Assembly (NCBI GenBank): GCA_002269645.1
Contig: NIVC01000464.1
Location: 186,001 to 250,000, forward strand
Length of the DNA stretch: 64,000 nucleotides
Direction: 5' to 3'
From: Macrostomum lignano
Lineage: Eukaryota
This document shows positions 35,301-46,460 of the stretch, in pieces. Position numbers and translations under genes: made by a program. Position 1 is the first letter of the stretch, and the number at the start of each line of letters is the position of its first letter. Under the pieces are notes generated by a model. The model was not told the DNA's origin. It did not search any database and saw nothing but the letters and a program-made list of their open reading frames with translations.

Positions 35301-38300
35301 GCGTAGTCACCGCCAGAGCTGCTGCCGGAGCTTCCACTACTGCCGCTGCTGGAACTGCTGCCGCGACCGCCACTGAGGCCGTGAATGATCACCTTGTTTG
35401 TGTCTGGAGTTGTGGAACATCAATTGCACTTCATAGTCGCTTCATGATCAATTAATAAAGTTTGCAGCAGTAAATCAGAAATTTCAAACTTCCCAAAAAG
35501 TATGCTTAAAATACGATACAATCGCATCGACGTAAATCAAAGCTATCGCAAGACCGCCTACCTGCATTGTAGTCGTAGGGCTCACAGCGCCTACGCTGTG
35601 GATCAACATTTTTAAATCCGGGATAGCAGAAGCACTGATACAGTCCTGAGGCCGGGGAGTTGACGCAGTGCCCCATGCCGCCGCAAACGCCAGGCCGTTC
35701 TGCGCAATATCCTGTCTCGCGCATATCGGCCTTCAAGCAGAAGCGCTTGTCATGTGATAATCGATATCCAGAGGCGCAGGAGCAGGTGAACTGATGCGAC
35801 CCGTTCAGATCGTGACAGCGCCCTCGGCCGCAGACGTAGCCAAATTTCTGACAGTAGGTTTTGTGGAATAGACGCTGCAGCGGATCCGATGGTAGAGGAA
35901 AGCCAGTGGGTGCAACGGCAGTCTCTTTAGGCGGAGCTGGGGCTCTTCCTGGCACACATGAGCGGCCACCAGGGCCCGAGACGTATCCGGCGTTGCAGGC
36001 GCAGGCGAAGTTGCGCCCGCCGCGATCAACGCATGCACCGTTAGGTCCGCAGACTGTGGGGTTGCGCTGGCAGAAGGTGACGCGCGGAGCGGACAGACGG
36101 CAGTTCTGCTGGTCGCCAGTCAGCTCAAAGCCGCGATAACAAACGCACTGAAATCTGCCGGAGCCCAGGTTTTGGCAGGCACCGTTGCGGCAGATGTCAA
36201 ACACTTGGCAAGGGTTGATCTCTGTTGAACGGTAGATGGATTTTAATAACTGGAGTTGAGTTTTAAAATGTACGAAGTAGAACCTAACTAGAGTAACTCA
36301 TTAGCAGTAAAAACAGCATTTTCAAAACATGACAATGTGCGATTGTGACATGAAGACTTAGAGCCAATGATTTTGTGAAATAAGTTACATAAGGAATGAA
36401 TTCGGTACCAGTACGCTCGCATTTAGGGTGCAGTCGAGGCTTTTCAAGAATACATGTGGGAGATTAGCTAGCTAGGGGGTTGAAGCCTCATGTTTAAGAG
36501 CGTCGGACTCACGTCTGAAAGGTCAGGGGCTCGATTCTCGACCTTACTCGGAACAATCTGGGTCCTTGAGCAAGACACTTGACTCTGCATTGCTTCTGTT
36601 CACCCAGAGCTTTAAAATGGGTGCCAGCATTTGCTGGGGTAATTGAGGGTGTTTGTGGCGATCCCCCTCCCAGTCCTTGGACTGAACAGCCGTACGCAGC
36701 CTTCAGAAGCGTCGCGCAATCGAACAATTGTGTCAACCTGCCTCACCTGGCTCTCTGCGTCTGTCCGGTAGGCAAGATCTTCTATCATCAGCTGGACGGT
36801 ATCCCGTTTGACAGTCGCAGTAGAAGTCGGTCGCAGACACGCTGACGCATCGGCCGTAGGGTTGACAAACTGACACGCGTCGAGTGGCGTCTTCGCAGTA
36901 GAGCTGCGGCGCAGGAGGCTGCGGAGCGTCGCTCAGCTGAGCCGGCAGGCAGGAGCGGCTGTCAGCCGACTGCCTGTGGTCAGGGTTTCGGCAGAAGCAA
37001 ATGTAGCTGTCATCGCTGGGACTCGCGCCGATGGCTAGACACTCGCCGATGTCGCTAGGGCAGGTGCGCTGACGATTACAAGCATCACCAACAGTTGTTG
37101 TCGTTGGAGGTGGCACGGTGGTGGTGGGTTCGGGCAGGCAGTTCAGACCGTCATTTCTGACGCGATAGCCGGGACGACAGCTGCAGTAGAAGTTTCTCTC
37201 GCCGACAGGCCTGCAGACACCGCCTGGGCTGCAGGCTCCGGGATTCGATTGGCAGTAGTTCTGCTGGCGGCGTCGACAACTCCGACCGTCGGCAGCAGCC
37301 TCGTAGCCGGAGTTGCAGCGGCACTGAAAGTCAGGACGGCCGCCGATGACAGTGTTGACGCAGCTGCCGTGGCTGCAGAGACCGCTACGTCTGGTGCAGA
37401 GGTCGGTGACGCGCTCTGTCGTTGTAAGTGATTTTTCAGTGAAATTCATCATCAAAATTGAAATTCATTCCCGAGTCTTTAACTGGCAAACTTGCATCAG
37501 TTGTGTAACCGAACACATATCGTGTAATCCCGTTACCTGAGCAACTTTTTCCATCCGAGCTAAGTTCGAATCCTGGAAAACACTGGCAGCGAAAGTCTGT
37601 CGGACCATTACTGATACAGGTGCCTCCGACTCCACAGACTCCAACGTGTGCATCACAATAACCTGAAATTCGTTATTTTTTACACTCTGTTTGTTGTTAA
37701 AAACAATTTCTAAGATTGCCTTGTTATGGTTGTTGGGCTGAAAATGATTTTTATTAGTCTCTGAGCTAGCCTATCTGTAAAGTTACATTTCTTAGCCTTT
37801 GCTATTTCAAAAAACGACACCAGCTGAGTACTATAAGATCTGAGTTATCGATTCTAAATTCTTATCATTATTACAACCTGCAGCTGTTAATGCAGCACAC
37901 GCACGCAGCAATAACAATTGCTGTTACAGCCAGGTAAATACAGGTCGCCAGAGTACGCAAGAAGGGTATTCGGTTGGACAATAATTCTGCTGCCTTTTCT
38001 AGAACGAGAAATCTGCAACATTGTTTTCTCAGGAAGGCGGCTAAAAATAGAAGAATCTTTATCAGCGCCAGTAGGAACTGGTTTCGTTCAAGAGACGAGT
38101 TGATGGAATGGAAGGTGAAAATACATAAAAAGAGAAATGGAATTCCGTCTTAATAACCTGTTGGTTTCTTTATAGTTGCACAGCCTCTAATAGGAAAGGC
38201 AAGTTCAGGAGAACTTCTGGTCCGCAGGCGAGGCAGACAGGTGAAGAGGCTGCACTGCTGTGAGGGGACCATTCCGCATCCGTACCATGTTCCTCAGCTG

Positions 38301-41300
38301 CGACTGGGGCACTCTCTCTCGACTTCACTTTGTTTCCTTACTAATTGGCCCACCGTTCAGGTCCGGGACGAAGGCATTTCTTCTGTTCCTATTAAGCTGT
38401 TTGCCCCCGAGTTTGAAACTTTTGGTCTTCTGACAGGCTTTTACTTTATTCAACTGGCAGATGGGCCCGTGAATTCAGTTAACCTTGACTGATGAATCAC
38501 CTGCACTGGGACATCGACTGGACAGAAAGCCAAGGGAGACTAACTCTGTGCATTACAAGATATTTTTAGTCAAAGATCCTTATGATTCTTATTTTAATTA
38601 TTAAATTTAGACACAGGGTAGCTGTGCGCACCCTGTCACACAACCGGCGAGAGGCATTACTGCCCACTCCGCCGACTCCCCTGAGCAGGCGCACAAGCGC
38701 GCGGATACGTACGCAGTCATACGCACAGGCACACACACACAGGAGTGTACAGCGGCCCTAACTTTGTTTATCGTTAGGGCTTCACTGTGCCTTGGGGTTG
38801 GCCCCCCAAGGCTGTTAATTGCACGAGCCAAGCTGAGATTCCAATTCAGCCACAAATTAATGTGACTGCACTTTGAATCGAGCCTGGGCCGCTGGCACAT
38901 CAGAGCCCCATCCCCAAGACTCACTTTGCAGCCTCTCGCAGCGCCGCTCCACGCGGTTGTAAGTGAGTCCACTGGAGCACAGGCACCTGGATTGTTTGGG
39001 AGAATAATTGTAAATTTCATAATTAAAGCACCAGTTTAAAAAGTTATCCCGATCCCTCAAGGGTGGCAACGCACCTGATATCAGACTCGCCATCAGGCAA
39101 GCAGCTTCCGCCTCCACAAATGCCGGGGATGCTGCAGAAGTTCAATTCTGAAAAAATAAGGACGGGGCTGATCATTAAAAATGGTTTGTTTTATCGGTTT
39201 CTTGAATCCTAAATTACGATGCAGCGGCTTTGTTTAAATTTGCAGTTGCCAGTCTACTGGAAATACTTCTAATAGGCCCAGGGTTAGCAAAGCTGAACGT
39301 ACTTCAGGCAGATTAAAAAAACTGCTTTCTATCATTCCAGTTTGATAACGTCTGCGTAAGAAAGAAAATATTTTTATGACACCTAAAGAAACTTTCGTCG
39401 CTTCTGCTTGATAGCGGGTTTGTTTTAACGAATTTATAAACCTGTTTCTTAGTTTATGAAGTTGAATTCTGTAAGTACCTTAAAATGCTTCATAGATAAA
39501 CTTATAGTTCATAAAAACTATTTGAAAAAAGATCGACCAAAGCAGCATCTTCACCCCTTGACACTCATGGTCCACATGAATTCACGGACTGCTCAAGTAG
39601 AAGGACGGGAAACCACGTTTCTTGGAAACTTTTACCACAGAATTAACTCGTTTAAACAGATAATCCCAATTTTATGAACAAGAAGCTTTATGAATACCAA
39701 TAGAACTATAAGAAAGGCAAGAAATATCAAGAATCAACATTGGCTCTGACTCCTATTAAAAGCAATAACGGTTTTTGTACTGAAAAAATAAGAACATATT
39801 TTTCGGTAAAAACCTCCCTGCTAAAAAACTCTGCTAAAGTTTTCCAAGAAACCTAGCTTCCTTTGCATGTCCTTGCATGAAACTCTGCCTGCTACCTGAG
39901 ACAATTTTTATTGTCAAAATGTTGACACACTTGAAGATAGAAAACCTATGCCAGAGGCGCTCCTCTGAAGGAATAAATTGTTTTTACAACCTCTGGCCAA
40001 GCCGACTGTCAGTCAATTAAAGCAAGAGCCCGTGCGAATACAATTATCAGCTCAAAGCTGTGCTGCAGTTGTAAAATTGGTAGTGAAGCAGAGCTCGTAA
40101 ACCTTATGCTTGGCATTCCTTCGTTAAAATGTTGCGTTTTACAAGGCATTTTAACTTCTCCTAGTCTGCAATTCTTCTCTGCTTTTCGTACACTGGGGGA
40201 GGACGAGGTGACATGAAAATAATTTAGTTAGAGCCGCCATGGTTGAGGGAAGCGTCTAGCTCAACAGACTTCCATGCGCTGGGTGGCTTCTTGTCGACCC
40301 AAATACAATGCATCATGCTTTACACACCAATTAAAGAGCCAATTAATTAGGGTTTAGGAATTTTTTCACACCAAAATTATTTACTGCGCAGTTTTTTATG
40401 GCACAAAGGGATTCGAAGAAAGGCGACGCCGCGGCCGACTGATCTAAGAGAGACTTTATTCTTGCCGACATGAGCCACTTGCTGCTTTTATCACTATACA
40501 TTCTGACACTATTTTCTAGCATTCACGCCCCCACTGCAATAAACAGGTTGATGCTTACATACACACTGTGTTTCTGTGTTCGTTTAATCAACCGATTGTC
40601 ACCTTTACTCACAGACTCTCAAAAACAGCATTTTAATCCGCTTACTAACGCAGGCTCGGCCACTGCTGATGCGGCCGAAGCCGCAGCCGCTTCCTCCAGC
40701 ACCGCGGCACGACCGACAGGCGAAGCCCCAGGCTCGCCCGAAGCTGTTGCAGCACTCCTCCCGGCTGATAAACACGGATGTGAGCTGGCCAGAGCAGGAG
40801 CCCGAGGCGGACTGGACATTGCTGTAGCAGGGGCCTTTGTCCACCACTGGGAATGGGTATTTTGAGTACAGATCCGGTATGAAATGCGATACTCTTAGGT
40901 CCAACCGTTATTTAAATCGAACTTACCCAAACAACCGTAATAACATGCTTTCTACATGGGTTGTTATCAGAGTTGTTAAGTAGTCCTTGCTATATCCTAA
41001 CCCATAGTCCTAACCCTAAATCTGACCTAAACTCTAGCACTAACCCTAAACCTGACCTAAACTCTAGCCCTATACCCTAAACCTGACCTAAACCCTAGCC
41101 CTATACCCTAAACCTGACCTAAACCCTAGCCCTATACCATAAACTTGACCTAAACTCTAAAACCCAATACTTTAAACCTCACCAACCCTAGCCCTATACC
41201 CTAAAAACCTAAATCGTTTTTTTTATCACTAGAAATCGACAACCGTTTCTCGACTTCTGCACTTTCACTATGCATACAAAGTAGGAAGTACTGTGTTATT

Positions 41301-44300
41301 TTATAAATTAATTTCTTATGTTTTAGAATTACGTAGCATTAAAAAGGGTTTGAACTCTGTAAAATAATGCCCTGAGAAAAGACCGTTTTATTTAAATACG
41401 AGGGTTGTCCCAGAAATAGAGGGAAAAACTGGTACAGAGGCTGATTGTGATATTCGAATTTGATGCAACTTGCGTTATAAGTAGAAAAAAATCCAATGGT
41501 TGTTTTGCTTTTTAAATGGGGTAAAAATGTCAATTCATTAAAAAGTTATGCTTATAATTAGAACAAGAGGTAGGGGGTAGAGTTACACCAAGTCGAGGGG
41601 TCTGCAAAGTCGGTCACGCAGCATCGCCATCGCCCTTGACTGATGATTTTTCGACGAAGTCACCTCTCAGCCTGTAGCCTGCAGCTGTTCTGCTTCTGCT
41701 TCTGCTTCAGATTAGCTTCTGCTTTTTTCGAGGGCTTATGAGCTCTTTTGTTTCTCTTCAGCTTCTTCGTTTGCTTTTGTTTTCGAATCGATGGTTCTGA
41801 CTAAGCATCAAAAGTTTAGTCTATGGCTAGCATAGTAGGCTCGACTTGGTGTAACTCTACCCCCTACCCCTTGTTCTAGTTATAGGCATAACTTTTGAAT
41901 GAATTGACATTTTTACCCCATTTAAAAAGCAAAACAACCATTGGATTTTTTTCTACTTATGACGCAAGTTGCATCAAATTCGAATATCACAGTCAGCTTC
42001 TATACCGGTTTTTCCCACTATTTCTGGGACAACCCTCGTACATTAGAGGGATATGATATCAAGCGTATCATACCAGCTTCACATTTCGGTAGTCATAAAG
42101 CTACATATAACTTCCTTTCTCGCTCCTCCCTAACAACCAGATATAAAACAATGTGCAGCATGATTCTCTAAACCAACCGTCACAGGAGGGGCCGCTGAAG
42201 CCATCGTTGCAACTGCAGACGCCAGTGGAGAGGCAGCGTCCATTACCGGAGCAGAAGTTTGGGCAGGTGGCTGCAAAAAAGCACATCATGGACGCATTAA
42301 GAATGAGAGTCTATGGCACAAAGTGACACTATAATAGACAACATACCAAACTGGCAGGCGCTGCCGCTGAACCCTGGTGCGCACTGGCATCTGCCCCCAG
42401 CAACACAACGGCCCCCGTTCTCGCATGGCCTCGGACAGGAAGCTATACCGACAGCTGAAAGATAAATGCAAAAACTGCAGTTGAATCAACTTACAATTTA
42501 CCCTAAGAGTAACGCAAGGCAGGGATTACGCTATGGAACGCATTAGAGGGAAAGGTAAGCGAAAGTAGGAATGAAGTATTCGTACTTCCTTCCACAGTTG
42601 GCGTTGCTGAAACAGCTGTTGCTAGCATCAGCAGAGCCAGAGCTAGTCCTGTCGGCTTCTTTGCTTTCATTTGTGAAGACAATTTTCTTGAACAGGAGTT
42701 CTTTTACTAATAAGTGTGCCTTTACGCTGCCGTTACAACTTGGCAAAGAAACCTAAAGTGAAGGGGTTTCTGCTGCCGCGAGCCGCTCGCACAGCCAGTA
42801 TTTATAGCGATCTCATCGGGCCACTAAGTATTAGTAAAGCTAAAAAGCAATCTGCACTCAAGCAGGGGGCGGGGCTGTGCAAGTAGTGCTTCAGCCTAGA
42901 CTTAATCGGGCGCAGAATTAAGCGCATCGAGCAGTCAGCAACTGTTTTCAGAAATGCACTGACTGCAGGACAGACAGGTCATCTTCTGTGCACTCTGGTG
43001 CTGCTGCTGAATTCCAAACTAGGCTGCGGTGCAAAGCGAGAGCTGCTAATTGCATCTGCTAGGGTGCAAGGTCAACCTTCTGACTGACAGACATGCGGAA
43101 AGGAGCAAGCTATTCTATCAATTTAGATTTGCTTTGGATTTCAAATTTTAAGCACGAGTTACATGAAAATTTGGGTGTCTATTTCACCTTGTAGGATATC
43201 CAGATATGTGTAACGCTGCTTGTGCTAGTAATATTATCATAATCACTTTTGGTTAGAGCGTGGGACTCACGACTGAAAGGTCGGGGGTTCGATCCTCGAC
43301 CCACTTGGAACAATTTGCGTCCTTGGGCAAGACACTTAACTCTGCATTGCTTCAGCTCAAAATATGTTAGTCAAGATAAACTGTTATTAGAGTTGGTTAT
43401 TAAACTCACTTTTGAAAAAAAACATGCAAAATTTAAAGTTGAGAACTCACCATCGCTCCCACCGCTGCCGCCACTGCTGCGACCGTCGCAGCTGTACTGC
43501 ACTACACTGTCAGGGCAGAAGCACAGGTTGGGTCCGATGCACTGCCCACCTGAGCCGCAACCGCTGTCGCATACTGCTGCAAAGTTGGTAAGAAGAAAAA
43601 CACAGAAATTAACTTCTTTAGCTCCATATTTCCGACATTTCATATCTCCGACACTTCACATCTCCGACATTTCATATCTCCGACATTTCATATCTCCGAC
43701 ACTTCACATCTCCGACATTTCATATCTCCGACATTTCATATCTCCGACACTTCACATCTCCGACATTTCATATCTCCGACATTTCATATCTCTGACATTT
43801 CATATCTCCGACACTTCATTTCTCCGACATTTCATATCTCGACACTTCATTTCTCCGACACTTCATTTCTCCGACACTTCACATCTCCGACACTTCACAT
43901 CTCCGACACTTCACATCTCCGACACTTCACATCTCCGACACTTCATATCTCCGACACCTCATATCTCCGACACTTCATATTTCCGACACTTCATATCTCC
44001 GAAACCTCATATTTCCGACACTTCATATTTCCGACACAATATCTTCGAGACCTCATGTCTCCGACACTTCATATCTCCCACACTTCATATCTCCGACACT
44101 TCATATCTCCGACACTTCATATCTCCGACACTTCATATCTCCGACACTTCATATCTCCGACACTTCATATCTCCAACATTTCATATCTCCGACACTTCAT
44201 ATCTCCGGCACTTCATATCTCCGACACTTCATATCTCCGACACCTCATATCTCCGACATTTCACATCTCCGACACTTCATTTCTCCGACACTTCACATCT

Positions 44301-46460
44301 CCGACACTTCACATCTCCGACACTTCACATCTCCGACACTTCATATCTCCGACACCTCATATCTCCGACACTTCATATTTCCGACACTTCATATCTCCGA
44401 AACCTCATATTTCCGACACTTCATATTTCCGACACAATATCTTCGAGACCTCATGTCTCCGACACTTCATATCTCCGACATTTCATGTCTCCGACACTTC
44501 ACATCTCCCACACTTCATATCTCCGACACTTCATATCTCCGACACTTCATATCTCCGACACTTCATATCTCCGACACTTCATATCTCCGACACTTCATAT
44601 CTCCAACATTTCATATCTCCGACACTTCATATCTCCGGCACTTCATATCTCCGACACTTCATATCTCCGACACCTCATATCTCCGACATTTCACATCTCC
44701 GACACTTTATATCTCTGATATTTCATATTTCATATCTCCGACAAGCGTAACGGAGATGTGAAGTTTCGGAGATATAAAAGAGCCCCAGTTTTTTCGAGCT
44801 TCAATGGAGGCAGCTCAGTGACGCCAAGCAAATTAAAAAGCGCCAATAAAGAGCGACTTGAACTTTAAAAATAAGGACAGTCTGTCGCATAAGGACATGC
44901 CAAAAATGCTAGTTTGCATTATATTTAGATATTGCGTCGCATATGCCATGCTCTAGATGAATTTGCCTGCTGCTCCGTACATGTAGCAGATTCCCCAGTG
45001 CGTGTATCAGCACAAAAGCATATAAGCTTATTCGCATTTGCCAATTTTCCATTTATCATTTCCGACTTTCATTAGCATGGGCAATAATTGATCTGTCTGA
45101 ACTACTGTGACTGATATATAGCTTTAGCTTCGCTTCCATAAGCCTTGGTCGATGCTTCAAGCCTATAGGCAAACATCGAAACCATTTTGGAGCTCGGAGC
45201 AAACAAGTCAGGCCGAGTGCCGTTTAGAAAATTGCGGGCCCTTGCTTCCTGAAATTAAAAAACTCAGCCAAACGGCCCCCCTTCCCCATGACGGCCCGGT
45301 TTGGCTTGGCTTGGCCAGAGGGTTTTAGGGCCGGCTTTTTGCAGCGAAATTGACGAAAAAGAATGACCTAAGCTGGGGGGGGGGGGGGTGAAGTTTACCC
45401 TGCGCCAACCAAAGCTAATTAAGGAGGAAATTTTCAAAATCGACAACCTTGCCATTTTTGATCCATGCCCCCCCCCACCCGCCTACGCGATCGCAAAAAA
45501 TCGTTTGCTACTTTCTTTGCCTCCACGCATCATATGAAATATGAAGGCTATGGTCAGTTTGCTGAATAAAAAATACTGACGAGTGCTGGCCCCCAACTGC
45601 GACAATGATTACTTCTGCTGCATACTTGGCTAGGCATGAAATTAAATGTGGAGTGTCAGCTCTCAGTGCTGATACAACTGAATACACAAAATAACTCTAA
45701 ACAAAGTAACAACAACTCACGAATCGAGCATTTGTTAGTCGTTGAGTCCCTGAGCCAGCCGGGGCAGCAAACCGTGTTCGATCCGATGACGCACAGGTTG
45801 TCCCCATCGCTGTGAAATAAATAGATGGTCGAGGATAATAGTTGTCCATGGTGCAGTTATCTTGAAGACAGAAATTTTACAGCTGAAGTAGAAGAGCACT
45901 GTACTAGATTGGGGATGAGAAAGATGCGACATGAGAGGGGAGGGGGGAGAGAGGAGACTGGAGAGGAGGGGAGATAAGAGATGGGAGATAAGATTAGAGA
46001 GAAGAGGGGAGTAGATGGAGAGAGAGGAGAGGGGAGAGGAGTGGAGAGTAGATACGAGTAAAGAGAGCTGAGAAGAGCCATACAAGCTGTGAGCTGTGAT
46101 TGCTACTGAGAAGTTTCAAAGAACCCGAAGGCCAGATAGAGAGGCTTCGCGGGCCGGAGTTAGCCGACTCCTGCTCTGGAGAACGCACAGCGCTGAATGG
46201 GGTTCAGCCATAGACAAATTCGTTAAGGGCGTACTGAATGCACTGGCGATACCACAAATATGCGTTCGTTATGTCCTACATGAACTGAATATGAAAACCT
46301 GATTAGACTTTCGGTATCACGGTAAAATTCACGGAAGAGATAGATAGTGTTGGCAAAATATTTAACAAGTTCCTTTAAAGTCTCACCTAGCCACACCGGA
46401 GGCCAGAACTAGCATGATGAAGCAGGCAAAATGAATCAGCTGTTGGGACTTGAGCGGCAT
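32354..46460 (-). CDS. FBN: Short fibrillin-like secreted EGF protein (~1,106 aa), 15 exons: 46460-46387, 45809-45721, 43576-43451, 42454-42347, 42270-42178, 40846-40646, 39147-39075, 38986-38925, 37662-37537, 37415-36747, 36221-35562, 35403-35032, 34678-34550, 34008-33735, 32618(or 32624)-32354
   Basis: Signal peptide MPLKSQQLIHFACFIMLVLASGVA; FUN-like DNLCVIGSNTVCCPGWLRDSTTNKCSIPVC; three EGFs; hybrid domain GPCY..CSGQL..ECCNSFGRAWGFAC; ~13 further EGFs including cbEGFs DIDEC and DRNEC; C-terminal ECPDCLNG and RKR|DA furin site. All phases close. Confidence 0.85.
32635..33590. repeat. Composite 18/24/30-bp minisatellite (CCCGACACTAAAACTG[G/TGTCTGT]GTCTGTT) in the last intron of the fibrillin-like gene
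   Basis: Visible tandem units; source of the VPDTKTGS and related spurious ORFs. Confidence 0.95.
34030..34385 (+). mobile_element. SINE family 2 copy (intronic)
   Basis: GCGGTCCAGCGCGTCGCTCTG...GGCTCGATTCC B-box; matches the other family-2 copies. Confidence 0.8.
36476..36722 (+). mobile_element. SINE family 1 copy, 3'-truncated (intronic)
   Basis: Matches the 13592 copy. Confidence 0.8.
38595..38915 (-). mobile_element. SINE family 2 copy (intronic, starts ~10 nt from a donor site)
   Basis: Matches copies at 17510 and 55505. Confidence 0.8.
40995..41210. repeat. Degenerate telomere-like (CCCTAAACCTGACCTAAACCCTAG) tandem repeat
   Basis: Visible CCCTAA-containing ~29-nt units; a similar TTAGG-rich tract occurs at ~55005-55095. 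Confidence 0.7.
41399..42038. mobile_element. Tc1/mariner-type MITE with ~199-bp terminal inverted repeats
   Basis: TA|CGAGGGTTGTCCC...GGGACAACCCTCG|TA; 41399-41597 is the near-perfect reverse complement of 41840-42038; TA target duplication. Confidence 0.9.
43249..43360 (+). mobile_element. SINE family 1, partial copy
   Basis: GGTTAGAGCG...GGGGTTCGATCC...GTCCTTGGGCAAGACACTTAACTCTGC. Confidence 0.75.
43625..44745. repeat. 16-bp satellite (CTCCGACACTTCATAT)n, ~1.1 kb, intronic
   Basis: Visible tandem units with an internal higher-order duplication; source of the HFISPTLHISD ORFs. Confidence 0.95.
45910..46070. repeat. GA-rich low-complexity tract
   Basis: Purine-rich (GA)n-like sequence. 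Confidence 0.8.

Noticed and set aside
40995-41210. True telomeric tract
   Set aside because: Degenerate, interspersed with CTGACC, and intronic
43249-44761. 489-aa His/Ser-rich ORF and overlapping ORFs
   Set aside because: Read-through of a SINE fragment, an antisense exon and the 16-bp satellite
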